A stretch of 64,000 bases of DNA from Gonapodya sp. JEL0774 (Eukaryota), in contig JADIIX010000007.1 of assembly GCA_027604505.1 (NCBI GenBank), positions 1-64,000 on the forward strand. The letters run 5' to 3'. How positions within the stretch are numbered: the first letter of the stretch is position 1; the number at the start of each line of letters is the position of its first letter. Below the pieces are notes generated by a model. It made no database searches. It worked only from the letters and a program-made list of their open reading frames with translations, and was not told where the DNA came from. Both the position numbers and the translations under genes were made by a program. Below are positions 24,121 to 33,962 of this stretch, one piece after another.

Positions 24121-25618
24121 TTAGACTCTAAGTCTTTGTAATGTCTCCTGAACTTCTGAGATGGCGACGTGAGTTTCCTCTTCGCGTGTTGCGTTGTATG
24201 CAATCGAAGCCTGGTTAAGAGGGTTGAGTGGACTCTTTTTCCACACTGTTGCCATCCAAATGAACCAGAGAGGGTCCCAGGTGTATTTTGGTTCGCGAGC
24301 AGGCGCAGAAAGGAAAGCGAGGATGATATTTCAGCGGAATTGGATCGTTGGGTAATGCAGAGGAATACACATTTGAAGTAGCATTAAGAAATTTGGATTT
24401 TGAATCGAAAAAAGAGAAGGTCAACGGTGATGCTCAGCTCCAATACTGACAAGGTTTCGCTGACCATGATCGAAGAGACACTCACACTTTTGGACCATCT
24501 GTTTCAATTGACTGTGCCGTAATGTCGGGTTTTCCTTCTTCAACTTTTCCATATTCTCCTCCTCGAATCTTTCAATGCAAAAGCATAATCAAAACAACAC
24601 AACCCCGACAAGATCCGGTTGCAACCCGCGGTTCACTCACGCCGCGTACGCGCTCTTCACTCTTCGTTCCGGATGTCGTTCAACCTTGTCCGCTCCATTG
24701 AGATTCGGCCTCTTGCCACTAAAACTCTCCGTGCTGTCGTCTCCGCCATTCCCCGATCCCACATCCCGGTGGACTGCGGTCAACAAGTCCAACGCATCGT
24801 CGATATTGGACGCGGCGTACTCCTCAAGGCCATTGGAGGAGCCTGCTCCTCGTTGGTTGGGATTTGACAAAAGGAGTGGAGAGGCTGACGAGGAGGACGA
24901 GGACGAGGCTCTAATTGAAGGTGGGCGGAGGTCGACTTTGACCTTGGGCTTTGGCGCGAGTGACTTTTCTTCCTCGGCAAGAAGTCGCTCTATTTCTTCT
25001 TTTCGTCGAAGGGCTTCGAGGCGTCTAATCATTCGAAGGGGTCAAACAAGGTAATCTCTCCATCAAATTGCATCTCTCATTGTACGTAGCTCGAAGAAAC
25101 AAAGAGAAAAAGTCTCACTTGGCTTCCTGTTCCGCGCGCTTGTCCTGTTTCGCTCCTGCTGCCCAGTCCGCCGCTTTCAAATTTTCGTAAAGTATCGTGA
25201 GTCATGCTGCCCGAAGGCGAATCATCGACGACCCACGCCCCCGCCACCCAGAAATCCCAAATTCACCTTCACTTTTCTCTTTTTCCGCAGCTAATCGTTC
25301 CTCTTTGGCTGACTGGGCCGCAGCCTTCCTCTCGTTGGCTGGGAAATCCGGTTTGGAACGTCGGCGAGTGGGAAAGAAACTTCAAACATTCAAGTCCTCA
25401 CTCAGAAATCCGATTGCAACCTACCAGCTGCTGCCTGTAGAGCATTCATGATCAGGAGAGGGAGTGCATTCGACAACGTTCCAGGGTAGCGCGTGAGGAG
25501 CATCAATCGTTCGGACAGGTGCCCACGAAAGACATAGATGAGAGCTTCAGTGGAGGAATCCAAAGAGCACGAATCAGGAAAGACGGCGTACCTTTTGATT
25601 GACTTTCTTCGGTGGCAT
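24121..25618 (-). CDS. CCDC124: CCDC124/Lso2-family ribosome-associated coiled-coil protein
   Basis: Spliced MPPKKVNQK-AAA-ANERKAAAQ...; ASNIDDALDLL; ERHPERRVKSAYAA-FEEENMEKLKKENPTLRHSQLKQMVQK-WKKSPLNPLNQ. Confidence 0.92.
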
Positions 25619-25754
25619 CGTTGATTGTAAGTGAAGGGCGCGGTGATGATGCTATAAAGCGGTGTTTTGAAAGGGGTGGTGAGATGCTCCATCTCGATGT
25701 TGTTCACAGAGAACATTACTATGTAAAACGATCCATTCTTTATCGCAAATTGCT

Positions 25755-26518
25755 CTATCGGTACAAGCTACAACCCTTTCTGAACACATCTCCAACTTGA
25801 CTCTTCCTCATAGGAAGAGTGGCAATGCACGTTGGAATATTTTCAGGCCGCTCCGTCCACTATGTAAGTTCACAAAATCCTGTGGATCAGAACGCGGGAA
25901 AACAAGCGATATCAAAGTTTCCATCACGTGCCTTGTGATACCTAATGCCATGCTCATCAAGACTCGCGGCGAGGGATTCGAGTTGAGATTCCCCTTTGAC
26001 CTGTAAGCAGGGAGGTCTGTTGCCATGCAAAGCACGGAGCAGCATGAACCACCGACAGGGGTCTCTGTTTTTGAACGAACCTCGAGCACCACCTTGTGCG
26101 TACTGCCAGATGCAGCGTCTTTCATGTATTCATCGACAATAGGGTCCTCACGATTCATCCAAAGGGCCGCGGTTGATGCGTGGCAAGCCTGGGCGATTAC
26201 ACTGAACAAGAGGTCCAGGGGTTCATAAAGGGAGCACAGACTGTCGCATTCAATGCGAAAGTACGTCTGCGAGTGTGAGCGATTGAAGAGTCACCTTCCT
26301 GTGTTCCATCCTTTCGACTACTGGATGCAGTTGGCGTGTTTGTGGGTGACGACAGGGAAAGAGGGCAGAACGTTGGGTGGGATAGTTGGCCCAGGACATG
26401 TCGAAAGCGATGTCGACAACGGTACCTTGACCAGATCCTTCCTCAAAACGATCCACATTGTCAGAGGATCCGACGTGGATTGAGGTTGTTCGATGGCGGA
26501 GATTTCAGCGTTAGCCAT
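25755..26518 (-). CDS. PTRHD1: Peptidyl-tRNA hydrolase domain protein (PTRHD1/Pth2-like)
   Basis: MWIVLRKDLVK-SKGWNTGS-VIAQACHASTAALW...HKVVLE...WTERPENIPTCIATLP. Confidence 0.9.
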
Positions 26519-26777
26519 TATTATGATGTGCCGGTTGAGAAGAGTAGGAAACAAGCGTCGCCGGTTGAACGGAGGCACGGAGAAACTTTTGCAGAGAGTA
26601 TGAGCCAGCGAATGGAAGATGCAGTGGTCGTAGCGGGGGGGTGACAATTGTTGGCGGTTTAATTAAATTCGATATGATACTGACTATCTTCGAAACCTTC
26701 GTGCCTCCGTCTCCGTCTCGTGAAAGGGAAGCCCCAGAAACTCCAAAACGACACCAAGCACACCAGTTCATTCAACG

Positions 26778-27849
26778 ATGCTTCCTTCTGACACTTACTC
26801 CTTAATCACCCAAGTCATAGCTCCATCCCTTGGCGTTGTTACTGCAACTCTGATATTGTATGTGCCCATCAACTTTATCCCGCTCCGCGTTCAGATCATT
26901 TGTTTCCAACCGGCCTGCGTTCCATTGTGATTGTCTTCTTTTCATATCGCCTGGAAACCCATTGAAATAAGCGTATCACCGCTTCAGGAGGTGCGAGTGA
27001 TAGATCGGACAGGGGAAATCGGCAACTACAAGTGAGTTGTAAAGACTTCTGATCTGCGTGAATTACGCACACATGTGATGAGAGCTTCTGCATGCAGTCC
27101 TCTTCCCTTGGCTTTCATAGTGACAAATGCCTTGTCTTGGTTATTGTACGCTCTACTTGTCGGCAATTTTTTCATCTTCTGGTCCAACATTACGGGATTC
27201 TGCCTTGGACTTTACTACGTTGTGACTGTGTTTGGGACTGGTGGCATCACAGGAGTGAAAAAGGCGGCAATTTTGAGTGGTGAGGTTCCTTGTTCAACTT
27301 GGAAACTATTCTCTAGAGCAGGCTGTTTCGTCATCTATTAAGTGTTTGCCGGCGGACCATTTCTCATTCTCAATGGATTTCAAGTTGCGTTCCTTGTCGT
27401 GAATCCTAGCGATCCGGATAGAGCGAGGTTCGTTCGAGCCTCCTGTTGTGTCTTCTGGCAGCTTTTAACATTGCCACCTTGATGCTTCTCCAACGCATGT
27501 ACACATCTCTCTGCTCAGAGCAATCGGTGGATGGATCTGTGTCACTGCGCTCATATTTTTCTACACTTCCCCACTTTCCACACTTTACCATGTCATCTCT
27601 ACGAAGAACGCATCCTCCTTCTCTTACCCTCTTTCCCTCGCCTGCGTACTCAACGGCTCTCTGTGGACTTTATACGGCTTGGTTATCGGCGACGGATTTG
27701 TGTGGGCTCCAAACGCAATCGGGACGGTTGTTGGCGCGGTGCAAGTTCTCCTTCTTCTGCTCTTCGGGAGTGGGAAAACCCGCAAAGCGACACCCGGAGA
27801 CCAAACGGAATATCAGAGAGTGTCCAGCAATGTGGAAGGGCTAGATTGA
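26778..27849 (+). CDS. SWEET (MtN3/saliva) sugar transporter
   Basis: Two MtN3 repeats: ...PLPLAFIVTNALSWLLYALLVGNFFIFWSNITG and FFYTSPLSTLYHVISTKNASSFSYPLSLACVLNGSLWTLYGLVIGDGFVWAPNAIG...Q. Stop TGA at 27847-27849. Confidence 0.9.
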
Positions 27850-27886
27850 CGTTTCGTTTCATTTATTGCCATTTGATGCAGCAGGA

Positions 27887-28595
27887 CTACGCAGTTGCGG
27901 TGACCCCCTCAGTTGGACCCTCTGTGGTCTCGCCAGTGTCCTCCGCCCACATTTCCGGCTTCTCCGCGATAAATTGCTGCATAAGTTCTCTGCAACGAGC
28001 ATTGTTCACGACAGTGACCTCCACTCCTCGAGATTTCAAGAGTTCCTCTTCACCGAGATACGTTTCGTTTTCACCAATAATGACTCGAGGAATCTTGTAC
28101 AATAGAATAGCTCCCTTTTTGGAGTAAAGAAGAAACAAAAAATAAAGAGAGAGAAGATCATCATGTGGTCATGCGCTCCAACAGCTCCTGAAAGCGGAAG
28201 TCATACCGAGCACATCGAACACGGGCTGAGTGTAGTGTAGAGCGTGCAGTTCTTGTAAACCGATGCTGGAAGCCTACCAGCGTTCTCTGATAGTGTCGGA
28301 ATGACCGCCCACCGTGAAACGAGGTCGAGGTGAAGACGTCACGATTCCCGCCCACCACGTACCCAAGGCGTTCATTTCCCCGTGGTGGATCGCACTTCCG
28401 TGTTGATGTCTCTGATTGTGGCCTCGTCCGATCACTTTGCCTTTGAAAATAGGTGGATGAGCGTGTTCTCGGGAGCATCATTCCAACTCTTCACTCACCA
28501 TCTAGAACAATCACAGAGCCGATAGGCACTCCTCCTTCTTTCAGTCCTTTTTCGGCTTCCTCGATTGCTTGCAGCAGGAACGGATCTGAGGTCAT
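27887..28595 (-). CDS. FCY1: Fungal-type cytosine deaminase
   Basis: MTSDPFLLQAIEEAEKGLKEGGVPIGSVIV, GRGHNQR, HGEMNAL, LYTTLSPCSMCSGAILLYKIPRVIIGEN, ...MQQFIAEKPEMWAED (HxE and PCxxC zinc motifs). Confidence 0.93.
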
Positions 28596-28840
28596 TGCGA
28601 GGATTGTTCTGTGAGAGAATTTTGCAAACGCACAACGACGACGTTGGTTGTTGATCGCCAGCCCTGTTCCTTGATCCGCTGTGATCGGATGAATGGCTTC
28701 GCCACACCCCCCTCCCCCCGTCCCCCTTCCCCTGCTTAAACCAATGAACAGGAAACTATAGCTACTATTACAACTTCTTTCAGACCCATGAGTGCACAGT
28801 GTATTATGTAAGATTGCGGAAGTGCAAGCCAGTTTCACTA

Positions 28841-31013
28841 TCAAGCCACACGCTTCCTTAATTCCTTGGCTTTTCTGAAGTTAACCAATACAGCGGCTGC
28901 TGTTACTCCGAATCGGCCACGCCCAATAGGTCGAGCACCGAGTGGAGGTTTTGCTCTTGAAGCAGGCACTCTCCGCTCAACCTTCCCTTTGGATATGGCC
29001 GCCTTCGATGCCTTTTTCGGACTCTCCACCTTCGCAGGTTTCGGATTCTTCTTCGAAATCGAGTCCTGTTTTTGCGTTTGTCCGGATGCCTCAGACTCCT
29101 TCAACTTTCGAACCGCGAGTTCTCCCTTGGTGACAATCTTGGGTGGCATCCGCTTCTCACGCGCGGCCTCCATCCGACGGGCAAGGAGCGCGTCTGAGAA
29201 TAGAGGAGTCGCTGATTCGGGAGTGGGCAGTTGTGACCCTTGCAGCAGGGCCTGCCGGTTTTGGAAACGGCGCAGGAACGCTGTAGGATCACGAGGAAGG
29301 TTGGCAAAGACGGGCTCATGGAGTCCTGCATTCGAAGTATCAACTTTCAGTTCACTTTGACCACAAAACAAGATTTCCAACTCACCCAAGAATTCATACA
29401 CCGCACCCAATCCGGCATCCCAATCCGCTCCCCACAATGCCATCCCTTTAACAACCATCTCGACGCCAGTCGACGTCTTTGCGGGCCCGTCACCTTTCAG
29501 AAACCTAACTAGTGGTGCAACTGCTGCCCGCTCCCGGATCTGCCACGCAAGTTCTGCAGGTCCCTCCACCGTTCGCCTGGTAATTGGAAGATTTGAGGTT
29601 GCGGCTGTAGACCGGGCCGACTCAGCAACAGCGGTAAGAAAGGCGGTGGATACATCGAGCTTAGAGGTGGGTTGTTCAATGGCAAGCAGGACATATCGGT
29701 GGATCTTAGAGGGGTTCTGCTTGGGTGGGTGTGGTGGGATATAGGGTAGAACAGTAATCCCAGGGAAAGAAGAAGGAGGGGCTGACGGAACGCTCGCGAC
29801 TGGCAGCGGTGGAAGGATGAGGTAGGATGTGACAGGAATATCAACCCTAGATAGAAAGATCCCTCCTCAGATATTGCATATGAAAGATCAAGATGAGTAC
29901 CAGCACTTACACGAGCCAATGACACCATTCCTCATACGATGAAGTTTCGACGTTCGGGCGGTCTGAAATGATTGGACCGTAGGTTCAAGATTGGGGGTTC
30001 AGTCGGTCCAACCCAAAGCTTTACAACCCACCCAAGTCCAACATCATAAGTGTGAAGTAACGGGTCCGTTCGTCATTTGTAGTAATAGAAACTTCAGGCG
30101 ATTCGAGTGTCACACTTCCGAACGCCACCTTTTCTCCAATGCGAAGTGGCCTCCGTTTTGGAACGGCGGAGTCCTTCGAGGACGGCATCGGTTTCGGTAC
30201 TCTAAACGCCACTTCAACTTCAACTTCTGGTTGGAAAAATCTGCTAGGTGATTGTGTGAGCTGATGCCGTCGTTTGTGATGCTGAGCAATCGGTGCGGAA
30301 ACAGCACCAAAGATGTCGGTGAGGACTTCAAAACGAGATGCAGCCGCGAGGAGGGAGAGACAGTTGTGCTTGATAAAGTGATCATGTTTCATAGCGATGG
30401 ATATTTGGGAGGATGGGTCAACTGCAACGCCTGTCACAAACGGGTAACTGGTGAACCAACGGATATCCTCATTGAGGAACTGAATGAGGTTCGCGACTCA
30501 ACTGTTTCGCCGCCGAAACTTCGCGTGATTTGCAAGTTTGCTCCACTCAAGGTCAATTTCCGCGAGCCTCTTTGCCTGAATAAGTTCGTCCAGCTCGTTA
30601 GCAAGAGTTGCCCTCTCTTCGGCAGAGCTGGCGGATTCCACTGCAGACCGCAAACTGCCGATTCGAGCTCGCAATATCTCGATTCGCTCATTCACTCTTT
30701 GTCGCTCCATCTTTAGGACCTTAAGCGCCTCTAAGTACGCTCGCTGCAGAGTTGTTTTTACATTGGAGTGGAGTGGGTTGCTTGCAACAGGGTTCAATCT
30801 GGAGGTAGAAACCACGCCTGAGGTTTCCAACAAGTTCGATTCACCGGCATCGACTGTCGAAGAGAAGAAACGAGTGCAAGTGGCACGATTTCGTGTCACC
30901 AAGGACACAAAGAGCCCTCGATTCGCGACATTACACGAGGTCGCCGTAGGCAGAGGAGAAGGTTGCGATCGAGCGGCGTAGCGCAAAATGCAGCGCGATG
31001 TTGGCGTAGCCAT
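28841..31013 (-). CDS. Mitochondrial ribosomal protein mL38 (MRPL35/MRPL38, PEBP domain)
   Basis: Arg/Ser-rich presequence-like N-terminus (MATPTSRCILRYAARS...), LQRAYLEALK, and PEBP motifs YFTLMMLDL and YIPPHPPKQNPSKIHRYVLLAIEQ. Basic C-terminal extension. Confidence 0.75.
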
Positions 31014-31414
31014 TTTCCTGAGACGGTTCTGGTTCTCAAACACTGTTGCAGAGCAAACCAAAAGAGAACCAGAGGAAATACCAGAACTTGCATTTTATGT
31101 TCATTCCGATGAAATAATGATAATGATAATGCTATCAATAACATAAAGATACGACTAAAGCATTATTTACCGCTCTCAACCTGTCACAACATGTCGAGCA
31201 GAGTACCCAAGCGGAACGCTACGCGTCGAATCCCTAGATACAGCAGTGTTCTTCTCTTCCAATTTCATTGAGGCAAGAGGTTCGGGTATCTGTGTTTCGG
31301 GGTATCTGTGCAATGGTTCGGGCATCTGGCATCTATGTGCAAGATATCCGGTTTTCTGCACCAACTGACGTCCGTGCACAAGCAAACGCGATCCTCGGGT
31401 CACCGATTCCAAAA

Positions 31415-33658
31415 ATGTTCGCCGCTCGCACTCTCCGAAGCGTTCCTGTTGCAAATGCTGCTCGGAGTTTACGGACGTATGCTACGGAAGCCACAAAGGA
31501 TGGTTACAAGGTGATGATTCTATTCAACATCCATCCCTCCGCCTCTGGGATCATTAGAACATGGGGATTGATCATTGGCGTGAAAACTGGATGAGCTCTG
31601 CATCCCCATCAGAATACGGGGGAAACGATGCGCTTCTTGTTCAATTTGTTCCCCAATTCCAAGACCAGTTATCGCTCCCACAAGATGGACTTGGAAGCGA
31701 GCAACATCTTCAATGACCCATACCTGTCGTGAATTACTATTGTGGAAAGTTGGTTTCCAGAACAGTTGAAGGAGATAGTCACCGGACTGGACGTTGTTCG
31801 TCCAAACACATATGGCGAGGTCGGCCTACCGGACCTGACCTGCCCCAAACCCTCTTCTATTTAGGTGGTCATCATTGGTGGTGGAGCTGCTGGTGTAACG
31901 GTTGCAGCCAAGCTCGCTCAGACTCCGTTCTTCCACAACACACGAGACATTGCGATCGTTGAGCCCTCTGCGGAGCACTTTTACCAACCTCTATGGACCC
32001 TTGTCGGCGGTGGCATCAAGCCGTTTAGCGAATCTGCTAAGGCCACACGAGAAGTTATTCCTCAAGGAGTGAGCGGAAGAAGTTTGTCATGGAAGCCGTT
32101 TTGCTGTGCTCATGCAATGCTTTTCTGCAGGCTGAGTGGCTTAAAGCTCGTGTGTCTAAGGTAGACCCCGTCAAGCAGACGGTGGCGACGGATGACGGAA
32201 AAACGGTTGGTCTCCTGCATCCCTAGCTCTCAGTGCTGAGAGCTTAAACCACTTTCGCTCAGGTCAAGTACGACTTCCTCGTTGTGGCACCCGGAATCTC
32301 ATTGGACTGGGACAAAATCCCGGGCCTGGTTTCGACCCTTGGAAAGGACGGCGTCACATCAATCTACTCCGCCCAAGCAGTACAGGGTGCTTATGACATG
32401 ATTCGGTCATTCCAGGGGGGAAACGCCATTTTTACTCAGCCTGCGACACCCATCAAGTGAGTCAAGTTCCTGTACGAAGGTTTGGAGTCACACAATTTCA
32501 TCGAAATATGCGTCAACAAGATGTGCTGGGGCACCCCAGAAGATTGCATATCTCGCTGAGGAACTTTTTCGGTCAAACGGAGTTCGAGACAAAGCTACCG
32601 TGAAATTCAACACCGGCATGGGCAAGATATTTTCCGCGGACTACTTTGGCGAGGCTCTCACCAAAATCGCAGAGTCGAGAGGAATCGAAGTGAATCTTGG
32701 GACGAACCTGCTCGCGATCAAGCCTGAGTCCAAGGAAGCAGTCTTTAAGAAAGGCACACAGGAAATCGTGGAGAAATATTCACTCCTTCATGTTGTACCC
32801 CCCATGTCGGCTCCTAAATTTATTGGGGAGTCTGGACTCGGCAATGCTGACGGGTGGTGCAACGTCGACAAGTTTACTATGCAGCACGTGAAGTACCCCA
32901 ACGTTTTCTCCCTGGGCGATGCTTCGTCTCTCCCAACTTCCAAGACCGCCGCCGCGATTTCCGCACAGTCTAAGTTCTTGGTCAACAACCTTGTCGCCGT
33001 TATTGGGGGTGAGACAGTACTGAATGGAAAATACGATGGCTACACCGGTGAGAGCACTACTTGTGAATTGTGAGGGGTCTAATAATGATTCTGACCGAGG
33101 CTGGTTCATTTTGCAGCATGCCCGCTTGTTACTGGCAAAAACAAGGTGAGATAACGTTTACTGTCGCATTTTCTAATTTCCGATCTCAAAAAGTTGCATA
33201 TCCATCTAGCTCATCATGGCTGAGTTTTCGGGTTATGACTTCGAACCTCTCGAGGTGAGTTCCTCTAATAGAGTCTGTAGGGGCTATTCTCACCCTATTT
33301 CCTACCCGAATCGTAGACCTTCCCATATGACCAACGAACCGAATCCGCCTTCGGTTACACCCTGAAGACGGAAGTTTTCCCCTGGCTTTACTGGGACGCG
33401 ATGCTGAAGGGATCGTGGAGTGGCCCAAGGACGATCCGAAACGCTGTCCAGGGAGTTATAAAAGGAGAGCCCATTTATGTACGTGATTTCGCCGTCTTTT
33501 TGGAGGCTCTTGGCGGCACCCCCTCACACCGTGCGACTTGCTTTAGGCGCCCTATGACCAATTCTATCCTGGAAAGCTTGAGCACAAGCATCACCATTAG
33601 ATATTTCAAAATACGTGGTTTTAGTTTGTGTTGGGTTAACAATGTTCTGGACAACTAG
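31415..33658 (+). CDS. SQOR: Mitochondrial sulfide:quinone oxidoreductase (SQOR/Hmt2-type); 3' end approximate
   Basis: Presequence MFAARTLRS..., VVIIGGGAAG, HFYQPLWTLVGGG, spliced IKCAGAPQK and YDGYTACPLVTG (both catalytic Cys present), NVFSLGDASSLPTSKTAAAI. Confidence 0.95.
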
Positions 33659-33962
33659 CCGCATTTGCAACTCCAAGATAGGAAGGCGTAGTATGCCAAT
33701 CCTACATCCCCGCCCAGTCGTTGCACGTGCGAAGTGGTGGCGAGGACTTCTGCATGTATAAAACATTTTCCTCATATTCAGACGGATCTTTTGAACGCCT
33801 CTGATCACGAACACCGACGGAACAGTTCTAATCGGGTGATATCCTGGATATGGGAATGTTGTACGGGAATAAAATCGCTTCTGCCGTTCTCACTCCAGCA
33901 ACTTGATTCCTTCGTAATTAATGCACCGGCAGCACGTGCCTCAATCTCCTCTGTCCGCATTC

